This document shows, one piece after another, positions 1 through 6,508 of a stretch of DNA of 8,053 bases. Source of the stretch: a virus. Its lineage: Duplodnaviria > Heunggongvirae > Uroviricota > Caudoviricetes. Location: the IMG/VR virus record IMGVR_UViG_2563366906_000012. One strand, given 5' to 3'. A program made the translations under genes and the position numbers. The stretch's first letter is position 1. Each line of letters starts with the position of its first letter. Below the pieces are notes generated by a model, which worked only from the letters and a program-made list of their open reading frames with translations, searched no databases and had not been told where the DNA came from.

Positions 1-981
1 TTATAACGTCACTCCGCCTTTTAGTGGATTCAGAGCGACGGCATTTTGCAGATAGTCAGGCGCAAGGTGCGCATAGGCCATCGTCTGCTGAATGCTCGCA
101 TGTCCCAGAATCTGTTGCAGTGCGATTATATTGCCCCCATTCATCATGAAATGGCTTGCGAATGTATGCCGCAGGATGTGGGTTGCCTGATTGGGTGGTA
201 TATCAGGTTTCACTCTGCGTAAAATCCCGCAAAATTTCTCATAATTAACTTTGAATAATTTGGCGCTGGCCTCCTCTTTAACTTTTTTCTCCAGTTCCTC
301 AGAAATCGGCACGGTTCGCTTTTTACCGTTTTTGGTTTTCAGGAAGGTAACCCTGCAATTTGTAATCTGTGCTGGTTTTAGCGTGGCAACTTCCGTCCAT
401 CTTCCTCCAGTGCTCAGACATAAAAGCGCGACAAGTAAGTCATCACCAGCCAAAACATTTAACAGTTTTTCGATTTCTGCTTTTTCCAGGAACGTCATTT
501 CAGGGTTGGCCTCCGCCAGTGGCGGCAGTCCGTGAATTGGGTGTTGCCCGGAAAATTCATCCAATTGAATTAATTTTGTGAACATGCCGGATAATCGGTA
601 CATGTCACGGTTTATCGTTGCGGCACTGATACCATCACGTAGTCGCATGGAACGATAATCCATCAAAGCCCTTTTGCTCATCCTGCTCACTGGTATATCA
701 CCTATGCCGCTGATGGTTTTGAGTAGATGATTAAACTCTTTTGTTCCATGCTCGTGGTTTTGCCCGTGATATTTCCACCAGATGTCCAGCAACTCACTCA
801 AAGTCCGGCGGTCTGCTCGCTGGCCTCCCCATTCTTTCTGACTGGCATTGGCGATTGTGTATCGCTCAAATGCTAGTGCCTCAGCTTTTCTTTCGAATTT
901 CCTGCGGATGCGTTTTCCGTCGCGACCGCGAGGTCTAATGTCCACTTCATAGCGACCATCATCGAGCTTCTTAATTGCCAT
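1..981 (-). CDS. int: Tyrosine integrase, phage P2 Int type
   Basis: Minus-strand ORF 1..1011 (336 aa). The C-terminal half carries the tyrosine-recombinase signature (HILRHTFASHFMMNGG ... LGHASIQQTMAYAHL, with the conserved R/H residues and catalytic Tyr region). The internal Met (MAIKKLDDGRYEVDIRPRG) at 981 is preceded by a strong SD (GGAGGG, rc of 989-994, 7-nt spacer), so 981 is the likelier start than 1011. The gene reads leftward toward the window edge, as expected if attP lies beyond position 1. Confidence 0.9.
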   Translation of the reverse strand: MAIKKLDDGRYEVDIRPRGRDGKRIRRKFERKAEALAFERYTIANASQKEWGGQRADRRTLSELLDIWWKYHGQNHEHGTKEFNHLLKTISGIGDIPVSRMSKRALMDYRSMRLRDGISAATINRDMYRLSGMFTKLIQLDEFSGQHPIHGLPPLAEANPEMTFLEKAEIEKLLNVLAGDDLLVALLCLSTGGRWTEVATLKPAQITNCRVTFLKTKNGKKRTVPISEELEKKVKEEASAKLFKVNYEKFCGILRRVKPDIPPNQATHILRHTFASHFMMNGGNIIALQQILGHASIQQTMAYAHLAPDYLQNAVALNPLKGGVTL

Positions 982-1050
982 AAGAAAGCCCTCCGGCGCT
1001 GTATTCACCATCTTGGTAGCAAATGGTGAAAATGTAATCTTTATATAGAG

Positions 1051-1344
1051 TTAGCCAATCCTTTTCGCGGAGTGGTTGGACTCTGTTGACTCTGGCCCAA
1101 TGTGCGCGAGAGCCGGTGCGATTTGTCCTGCGTCCGGCGCGGTTTTATCTGTCATAAGCCATAGAGCATATTTTTGGAATGTGGGATGCATAGTGATTTT
1201 TAGCAAAGCTGTGCCACCGGGTTCAAAGTTTCCTCCTTCATATTTTTTAAGTGTGCTTAGCGGTAACTCTATGATTTCACAGAATTTTGATTGGCTTAGC
1301 CCTTCAGCCTCACGCAAGGCCTTAATCTTTTCGCTTAATTTCAT
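1051..1344 (-). CDS. C: Immunity repressor, P2 C-like (HTH DNA-binding protein)
   Basis: 97-aa minus-strand ORF directly upstream of int in the same orientation. The N-terminus has an HTH-like segment (LSQSKFCEIIELPLSTLKKYEGG). The C-terminal segment (YALWLMTDKTAPDAGQIAPALAHIG) matches what I recall of the P2 C repressor family. Size (P2 C is about 99 aa) and position fit. Gene symbol is by analogy to P2. Confidence 0.8.
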   Translation of the reverse strand: MKLSEKIKALREAEGLSQSKFCEIIELPLSTLKKYEGGNFEPGGTALLKITMHPTFQKYALWLMTDKTAPDAGQIAPALAHIGPESTESNHSAKRIG

Positions 1345-1465
1345 TTGACATGGTGCCTATATAGGGACTAAATTCCCTCAAAACTGGAACCTATATAGGT
1401 TCCATTGATTTGAGAATAAACCAGCGTCTAAACGGTTTTGAGTGGTTTAGAAAGGGCTGGATCCT
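1345..1465. promoter_or_regulatory. Lysis/lysogeny switch region: candidate early promoter Pe (-35 TTGACA 1345-1350, 18-nt spacer, -10 TAAATT 1369-1374, rightward) with two operator-like palindromes
   Basis: The intergenic region lies between the divergently oriented C and cox genes. The core CCTATATAGG occurs twice (1356-1365 and 1390-1399); the second sits inside a perfect 18-bp palindrome GGAACCTATATAGGTTCC (1386-1403). The first overlaps the spacer of the candidate promoter and the second sits just downstream of the predicted transcription start, which is the arrangement expected for repressor operators. Promoter hexamers are by-eye matches only; the leftward Pc promoter could not be placed confidently. 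Confidence 0.5.
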
Positions 1466-1753
1466 ATGAGGGTACCATATATGGACGCTGAAAATTATGT
1501 GATTCAGTATCCGCTTGATGCGGTTCATGTGGATAAATTTGCTGATTTATTAGGGAAGCCAAAGACAGCAGTCAGTGAAATGGTGAAGGCAAATAAATTA
1601 CCAATTATTGAATTGCGTGATCCTTGCAAACCGAAGGCTCGTGCCGGTGAAAAATGGGTTTTCATTCCTGAGTTTAATCGCGCTGTACGTGATGCGTTTT
1701 ATAACCGACCGGTTGAACAGCGTGATGCATGGCTTTTGTGGATGGGGTTGTGA
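1466..1753 (+). CDS. cox: Cox-like excisionase / transcriptional regulator (P2 Cox family)
   Basis: 95-aa ORF, first gene of the rightward operon opposite the repressor. The C-terminal pattern LPIIELRDP...ARAGEKWVFIPEFN...RPVEQRDAWLLWMGL resembles the P2 Cox family as I recall it. An alternative start at ATG 1481 (SD GAGGG at 1468-1472) would give 90 aa, closer to the 91 aa of P2 Cox. Confidence 0.75.
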   Translation: MRVPYMDAENYVIQYPLDAVHVDKFADLLGKPKTAVSEMVKANKLPIIELRDPCKPKARAGEKWVFIPEFNRAVRDAFYNRPVEQRDAWLLWMGL

Positions 1754-1755
1754 TT

Positions 1756-1926
1756 ATGAATGAGCCGCGTTGTATTGCTCAGTTACTGCGTAACGAAAGC
1801 CCCAGGGCGATTGACTTCACCATCACCCACGGGAAGGGACGCAAGGGAATCATTATCCGTACCAAAAAACAGAGTCCGTTAAAAAAGGCTCTGACCTTTC
1901 TGAAAAGCCGGAGGGGCTGGAAATGA
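1756..1926 (+). CDS. Small basic hypothetical protein (position of P2 orf78)
   Basis: Tracked ORF 1729..1926; the likely true start is ATG 1756, just after the cox stop (TGA 1751-1753), with a G-rich SD at 1744-1747. The 56-aa product is Lys/Arg-rich. Its stop (TGA 1924-1926) overlaps the next start (ATG 1923-1925), indicating translational coupling. No recognisable domain. Confidence 0.5.
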   Translation: MNEPRCIAQLLRNESPRAIDFTITHGKGRKGIIIRTKKQSPLKKALTFLKSRRGWK

Positions 1927-2423
1927 CAGTGATGACACTTAATCTCGTCGAAAAACAGCCAGCAGCTATGCGCCGGATAATTGGTAAGCATCTGGCCGTC
2001 CCTCGCTGGCAGGAGACATGTGATTATTATAATCAGATGATGGAACGTGAACGGCTAACGGTTTGCTTCCATGCGCAGTTAAAACAACGTCACGCAACGA
2101 TGCGTTTCGAAGAAATGAACGATGTCGAACGTGAACGGCTGGTTTGTGCAATTGATGAATTGCGTGGGGCATTCTCAAAACGCCGTCAGGTCGGTGCAAG
2201 TGAGTATGCATATATTAGTTTTTTAACAGTCAGTCAGCGGCGTACTTTATTTATGCATGCCAGATTGACAGAAAAAGAATTCAACCAGCCATACTGGCGA
2301 ATTAATGAAGAATCATGTTACTGGCGTGATGCTTTATTCCGTGCATTACGTGAATTATTCAGTCTGTTTGAGTATGCACCGACAATTCTGACATCGGTAA
2401 AACCAGAGCAATATCTGCATTAA
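1923..2423 (+). CDS. B: P2 B-like replication protein (helicase-loader-like, lagging-strand synthesis)
   Basis: 166-aa ORF, the same length as P2 B, at the P2 B position between cox/orf78 and the orf80-83 cluster. SD GGAGGGG (1910-1916) precedes ATG 1923. Assignment is from synteny, size and recalled similarity, not a search. Confidence 0.8.
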   Translation: MTVMTLNLVEKQPAAMRRIIGKHLAVPRWQETCDYYNQMMERERLTVCFHAQLKQRHATMRFEEMNDVERERLVCAIDELRGAFSKRRQVGASEYAYISFLTVSQRRTLFMHARLTEKEFNQPYWRINEESCYWRDALFRALRELFSLFEYAPTILTSVKPEQYLH

Positions 2424-2444
2424 GTAATTAACCAGAGTTTTTAA

Positions 2445-2472
2445 CGCACTTAATTGTGCGGGGCTTTTTTTT
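2445..2472 (+). terminator. Possible intrinsic terminator/attenuator between B and the next ORF
   Basis: Short hairpin CGCAC (2445-2449) / loop TTAATT / GTGCG (2456-2460), followed by GGGC and a run of 8 T (2465-2472). The stem is only 5 bp and is separated from the T-tract by 4 nt, so this is at best a weak or partial terminator. Confidence 0.3.
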
Positions 2473-2486
2473 GCCTGGAGAAAGTC

Positions 2487-2711
2487 ATGCATACAGTTTC
2501 TGAAAATCAGTGCGGTAAATACGCATTACTGCTGCAACAGGCCAGAACCGAAGCACAGGCCGACGCGGCGACGCGCTTTTCTTCTCATCTTGACGCCATG
2601 ATTCGCCACATCACAAAGGCGGAGTTATCCCGCGTGGAGATAGTCGAGCTGCTCAGTCAGGAGTCGGAAAAATTTCACAATATCGGATTGTCTCGCGGGG
2701 AGGTACTTTGA
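2487..2711 (+). CDS. Hypothetical early protein (position of P2 orf80)
   Basis: The tracked ORF starts at TTG 2454, inside the hairpin/T-run. ATG 2487 with SD GGAG (2477-2480) is the more plausible start (74 aa). The stop TGA (2709-2711) overlaps the next ATG (2711). Confidence 0.6.
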   Translation: MHTVSENQCGKYALLLQQARTEAQADAATRFSSHLDAMIRHITKAELSRVEIVELLSQESEKFHNIGLSRGEVL

Positions 2712-3013
2712 TGTCCTGTTCTCATTCAGTTGTATTACTGAATAACGCCTTAAAAATCGCCGTTATGAAAAATGGCGATTTGTCTCTTATTCAACTTTGT
2801 CTTGATAAAGAAAAACGCGACATAACTGAATCTGTTATCGCGATTTATCAGAATGAATTAAACCTCCTGTCTGATGTGGTCAATTTACTTGTTAAACGCG
2901 CTGTATTTCACAAGCAAATTTCCTCCGTGGATGAACTGACGAAATTAACTACAGAAATCGCCAGCTATTGCGCTGATGAATTTAAAAAACTGAACGACAA
3001 AAGGAACTGGTAA
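2711..3013 (+). CDS. Hypothetical early protein (position of P2 orf81)
   Basis: 100-aa ORF from ATG 2711 (the track begins at TTG 2708), with SD GGGAGG at 2697-2702. The stop TAA (3011-3013) overlaps the next ATG (3013-3015). No recognisable domain. Confidence 0.6.
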   Translation: MSCSHSVVLLNNALKIAVMKNGDLSLIQLCLDKEKRDITESVIAIYQNELNLLSDVVNLLVKRAVFHKQISSVDELTKLTTEIASYCADEFKKLNDKRNW

Positions 3014-3237
3014 TGCCGGACAACGTAGATTTTATTCAGGAACAACAGGCTGAATTACTGGAGCGCCAGATTAACGCGGCAAGGGTAAAACATTGCGGTG
3101 CTTCTGCGCTGGTTTGCGAAGAGTGTGACGCGCCAATACCTGCTGCCCGTCGTGCGGCTTATCCGTCAGCCACGCGTTGTGTTTCCTGTCAGGCAGTCTT
3201 TGAAGCAAAAAACAAACATTACCGGAGAACGGCATGA
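3013..3237 (+). CDS. TraR/DksA-family C4 zinc-finger protein (position of P2 orf82)
   Basis: 74-aa product with two Cys pairs, C-x2-C ... C-x2-C (VCEECDAPIPAARRAAYPSATRCVSCQ), preceded by an acidic/helical N-terminus. This is the architecture of the TraR/DksA family of RNA-polymerase secondary-channel binders. The stop overlaps the next start (ATGA at 3234-3237). Confidence 0.75.
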   Translation: MPDNVDFIQEQQAELLERQINAARVKHCGASALVCEECDAPIPAARRAAYPSATRCVSCQAVFEAKNKHYRRTA

Positions 3238-3509
3238 GTATTCGTATTGAAATTGGCGAACGTTATGTCGTTACCAGTGACAGCTTTCAGTTTATTCTCC
3301 ACGAGAAAAAGAGAGCGGAAAGCGGTAAAAACGCCGGTCAGGAATGGCTGTCGGTGGTTGGTTATTACCCGAAATTAAGCCAGCTCGTTTCCGGCCTGAT
3401 GCATCACGATATTCTGACCGGAAGCGCAAAGTCTTTTGCTGATTTAAACGCGCAGGTTGAGCAACTCAGCAAGCGTTGTTCAGAGGCTTTTGGCTCATAT
3501 GGCCGTTAA
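3234..3509 (+). CDS. Hypothetical early protein (position of P2 orf83)
   Basis: 91-aa ORF, translationally coupled upstream, whose 3-prime end overlaps the gene A start by about 11 nt. No recognisable domain. Confidence 0.6.
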   Translation: MSIRIEIGERYVVTSDSFQFILHEKKRAESGKNAGQEWLSVVGYYPKLSQLVSGLMHHDILTGSAKSFADLNAQVEQLSKRCSEAFGSYGR

Positions 3510-5778
3510 AGCCTCCGGGCGTTTTGTCCCTCCGTCAGCATTTGCCGCAGGCACCGGTAAGGCGTTTACCGGTGCTTATGCATGGAACGCGCCACGCGAG
3601 GCCGTCGGGCGCGAAAGACCCCTTACACGTGACGAGATGCGTCAGGTGCAAGGTGTTTTATCCACGATTAACCGCCTGCCTTACTTTTTGCGCTCGCTGT
3701 TTACTTCACGCTATGACTACATCCGGCGCAATAAAAGCCCGGTGCACGGGTTTTATTTCCTCACATCCACTTTTCAGCGTCGTTTATGGCCGCGCATTGA
3801 GCGCGTTAATCAGCGCCATGAAATGAACACCAACGCGTCGTTGCTGTTTCTGGCAGAGCGTGACCACTATGCGCGCCTGCCGGGGATGAATGACAAGGAG
3901 CTGAAAAAATTTGCCGCCCGTATCTCATCGCAGCTTTTCATGATGTATGAGGAACTCAGCGATGCCTGGGTGGATGCGCATGGCGAGAAAGAATCGCTGT
4001 TTACGGATGAGGCGCAGGCTCACCTGTATGGTCATGTTGCTGGCGCTGCACGAGCTTTCAATATTTCCCCTCTCTACTGGAAAAAATACCGTAAAGGGCA
4101 GATGACCACGAGGCAGGCATATTCTGCCATTACCCGCCTGTTTAACGATGAGTGGTGGACTCATCAGCTTAAAGGCCAGCGTATGCGCTGGCATGAGGCG
4201 TTACTGATTGCTGTCGGGGAGGTCAATAAAGACCGTTCTCCTTATGCCAGTAAACATGCCATTCGTGATGTGCGTGCGCGCCGCCAGGCAAATCTGGAAT
4301 TTCTTAAATCGTGTGACCTTGAAAACAGGGAAACTGGCGAGCGCATCGACCTTATCAGTAAGGTGATGGGCAGTATTTCTAATCCAGAAATTCGCCGGAT
4401 GGAGCTGATGAACACCATTGCCGGTATTGAGCGTTACGCCGCCGCAGAGGGTGATGTGGGGATGTTTATCACGCTGACCGCGCCGTCAAAGTATCACCCG
4501 ACACGTCAGGTCGGAAAAGGCGAAAGTAAAACCGTTCAGCTTAATCACGGCTGGAACGATGAGGCATTTAATCCAAAGGATGCGCAGCGTTATCTCTGCC
4601 GTATCTGGAGCCTGATGCGCACGGCATTCAAGGATAATGATTTACAGGTCTACGGTTTGCGTGTCGTCGAGCCACACCACGACGGAACGCCGCACTGGCA
4701 TATGATGCTTTTTTGTAATCCACGCCAGCGCAACCAGATTATCGAAATCATGCGTCGCTATGCGCTCAAAGAGGATGGCGACGAAAGAGGAGCCGCGCGA
4801 AACCGTTTTCAGGCAAAACACCTTAACCGGGGCGGTGCTGCGGGATATATCGCGAAATACATTTCAAAAAACATCGACGGCTATGCACTGGATGGTCAGC
4901 TCGATAACGATACCGGCAGACCGCTGAAAGACACAGCGGCGGCTGTTACCGCATGGGCGTCAACGTGGCGCATCCCGCAATTTAAAACGGTTGGCCTGCC
5001 GACAATGGGGGCTTACCGTGAACTACGCAAATTGCCTCGCGGCGTCAGTATTGCTGATGAGTTTGACGAACGCGTCGAGGCTGCTCGCGCTGCTGCAGAC
5101 AGTGGTGATTTTGCGTTGTATATCAGCGCGCAGGGTGGGGCAAATGTCCCGCGCGATTGTCAGACTGTCAGGGTTGCCCGTAGCCCGTCGGATGACGTTA
5201 ACGAGTACGAGGAAGAAGTCGAGAGAGTGGTCGGCATTTACGCGCCGCATCTCGGCGCGCGTCATATTCATATCACCAGAACGACGGACTGGCGCATTGT
5301 GCCGAAAGTGCCGGTCGTTGAGCCTTTGACTTTAAAAAGCGGCATCGCCGCGCCTCGGAGTCCTGTCAATAACTGTGGAAAGCTCACCGGTGGTGATACT
5401 TCGTTACCGGCTCCCACACCTTCTGAGCACGCCGCAGCAGTGCTTAATCTGGTTGATGACGGTGTTATTGAATGGAATGACCCGGAGGTCGTGAGGGCGC
5501 TCAGGGGCGCATTAAAACAAGGTCTGAGAAGACCAAACCGTCAGCAAAGAAACGGAAGCCCGTTAAAACAGCATGAAATGGCACCATCGGCCAGACTGAC
5601 CCGGTCAGAACGAATGCAAATTACCCGTATCCGCGTTGACCTTGCTCAGAACGGTATCAGGCCGCAGCGATGGGAGCTTGAGGCGCTGGCGCGTGGAGCA
5701 ATTGTAAATTACGACGGGAAAAAATTCACGTATCCGGTCGCTGATGAGTGGCGGGGATTCTCAGCAGTAATGGAGTGA
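3499..5778 (+). CDS. A: Rolling-circle replication initiation endonuclease, P2 gene A / HUH Rep superfamily
   Basis: The tracked ORF is 3457..5778. The likely start is ATG 3499 (MAVKASGRF), or TTG 3490, giving about 759-762 aa against 761 aa for P2 A. It carries an HUH metal-binding motif (HWH, codons 4693-4701, in EPHHDGTPHWHMMLF) and a twin-tyrosine motif YIAKY (Tyr codons 4846-4848 and 4858-4860, in AGYIAKYISKN), like the phiX174 gpA active site. Confidence 0.9.
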   Translation: MAVKASGRFVPPSAFAAGTGKAFTGAYAWNAPREAVGRERPLTRDEMRQVQGVLSTINRLPYFLRSLFTSRYDYIRRNKSPVHGFYFLTSTFQRRLWPRIERVNQRHEMNTNASLLFLAERDHYARLPGMNDKELKKFAARISSQLFMMYEELSDAWVDAHGEKESLFTDEAQAHLYGHVAGAARAFNISPLYWKKYRKGQMTTRQAYSAITRLFNDEWWTHQLKGQRMRWHEALLIAVGEVNKDRSPYASKHAIRDVRARRQANLEFLKSCDLENRETGERIDLISKVMGSISNPEIRRMELMNTIAGIERYAAAEGDVGMFITLTAPSKYHPTRQVGKGESKTVQLNHGWNDEAFNPKDAQRYLCRIWSLMRTAFKDNDLQVYGLRVVEPHHDGTPHWHMMLFCNPRQRNQIIEIMRRYALKEDGDERGAARNRFQAKHLNRGGAAGYIAKYISKNIDGYALDGQLDNDTGRPLKDTAAAVTAWASTWRIPQFKTVGLPTMGAYRELRKLPRGVSIADEFDERVEAARAAADSGDFALYISAQGGANVPRDCQTVRVARSPSDDVNEYEEEVERVVGIYAPHLGARHIHITRTTDWRIVPKVPVVEPLTLKSGIAAPRSPVNNCGKLTGGDTSLPAPTPSEHAAAVLNLVDDGVIEWNDPEVVRALRGALKQGLRRPNRQQRNGSPLKQHEMAPSARLTRSERMQITRIRVDLAQNGIRPQRWELEALARGAIVNYDGKKFTYPVADEWRGFSAVME
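5350..5375 (+). other. Candidate replication origin / A-protein nick site inside gene A
   Basis: In P2 the origin lies inside the A coding sequence. The stretch GCGCCTCGGAGTCCTGTCAATAACTG at about 5350-5375 resembles my recollection of the P2 ori nick region. This is a recollection-based placement, not verified. Confidence 0.3.
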
Positions 5779-6043
5779 ACGTCGCCAGTTGCGAAAATTA
5801 TTTACAGGGGGCAGCGTTAAGCATCTAAAGATCTTGTTCTATGATTAGAATGTTTCCTCGTTGCACTCTCGTATAGTTATTTAATGGGAAGATGTACTCT
5901 ATATGTTGTGTTTTGGTGATAAATGAAGCCAAAGGAAGGAGATTTTGCTTGATTGATGGGCGCTCTTTGCTATACACCTTGTATTGAGAAGGAGAAGTAA
6001 TCAAGGATTAAGCTGGCTTTTGTCAAAAATCTGAAAAGCTTTT

Positions 6044-6073
6044 TTGACTGAATACGATAGCGAGTTGTACTAT
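6044..6073 (+). promoter_or_regulatory. Candidate sigma70 promoter for the cargo cassette (-35 TTGACT 6044-6049, 18-nt spacer, -10 TACTAT 6068-6073)
   Basis: By-eye hexamer match about 35 nt upstream of the first cargo ATG (6108). It sits in an AT-rich spacer and is immediately preceded by nested palindromes (GTCAAAAA ... TTTTTGAC around 6022-6049; AAAAGCTTTT at about 6033-6042). Confidence 0.4.
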
Positions 6074-6107
6074 TTGCGCCCTCAAAAGTAACCGGCGGCT
6101 GGGTAAA

Positions 6108-6488
6108 ATGGGGAAGCAAGGCAAAGGCAAAGGCAAAGGCAACAAAAATCAGGTTAAGGTTACGTGGGCTCAGGCGTGGCGGGATGTAATGATAAGAGCC
6201 ATGTCTAATGGTCAGTTGATACCTATTACCATCAGTATTATTTTAATGATTGCTGCATGGAGGTTACCAAAAACTGACTTGTCCAATTTAGCCTTCTCTA
6301 TTGTTGATGGCTTTAAGGAGCATTCCTTGGTTGGTTGGGCTATCTCGGTAATAGTGGGTTTGGCTTGGTCTGCACATGCGCGAATCATGAGGCGCTGTTT
6401 TAGTTCCGAGGCACAGAGAATCGGTAACGAGAAAACAAAGTATCAACAAAGACAGACCACTCAAGCCTTGGGTACAAGTGATAAATAG
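6108..6488 (+). CDS. Hypothetical small membrane protein with Gly-Lys repeat N-terminus (cargo gene 1)
   Basis: 126-aa ORF. The N-terminus MGKQGKGKGKGNKNQ is encoded by the in-frame hexanucleotide repeat GGCAAA. There are two hydrophobic helices (about residues 36-52, LIPITISIILMIAAW, and 73-90, LVGWAISVIVGLAWSA) and a basic/polar C-terminal tail. AT-rich relative to the phage backbone. No recognisable family. Confidence 0.6.
   Translation: MGKQGKGKGKGNKNQVKVTWAQAWRDVMIRAMSNGQLIPITISIILMIAAWRLPKTDLSNLAFSIVDGFKEHSLVGWAISVIVGLAWSAHARIMRRCFSSEAQRIGNEKTKYQQRQTTQALGTSDK
6114..6143 (+). repeat. In-frame hexanucleotide tandem repeat (GGCAAA x3 perfect, with flanking degenerate copies) encoding (GK)n
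   Basis: Direct reading: aag caa ggc aaa ggc aaa ggc aaa ggc aac. The perfect copies span 6120-6137. Confidence 0.8.
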
Positions 6489-6508
6489 TTGTTTATTTAG
6501 GAGTTATT

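Noticed and set aside
251-938. Plus-strand ORFs 251..535, 369..581 and 741..938
   Set aside because: They lie entirely inside, and antisense to, the well-supported integrase gene, with no RBS or recognisable domains. These are shadow ORFs.
1076-1348. Plus-strand ORF 1076..1348 (90 aa)
   Set aside because: It is antisense to the repressor gene and would run into the switch region. The repressor frame has the HTH and a conserved C-terminus; this one has neither.
1779-2211. Minus-strand ORFs 1779..1991 and 1966..2211
   Set aside because: They are antisense to the orf78-like and B genes of the coupled early operon. Their Cys/His-rich low-complexity translations are typical of spurious frames.
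2454-2486. TTG start at 2454 for the orf80-position gene (and TTG 2708 for the next gene)
   Set aside because: The 2454 start would place the first codons inside the hairpin/T-run. ATG 2487 and ATG 2711 have proper SD sequences and give stop/start coupling.
3457-3498. N-terminal extension of gene A from ATG 3457 (773 aa), and the overlapping ORF 3476..3826
   Set aside because: Starting at 3457 would overlap the preceding ORF by more than 50 nt, whereas ATG 3499 gives a product close to the 761 aa of P2 A. ORF 3476..3826 is an alternative frame inside gene A.
3925-5329. ORFs 3925..4194 (-), 4991..5329 (+) and 5023..5271 (-) inside gene A
   Set aside because: All are embedded in the A coding region on other frames or the opposite strand, while the A frame carries the HUH and YxxKY catalytic motifs.
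5923-6000. Very short ORFs (9 and 14 codons) behind SD-like motifs in the A-cargo spacer
   Set aside because: They are too short and low-complexity to call as genes from sequence alone. Noted only as a possible leader peptide or gene remnant.
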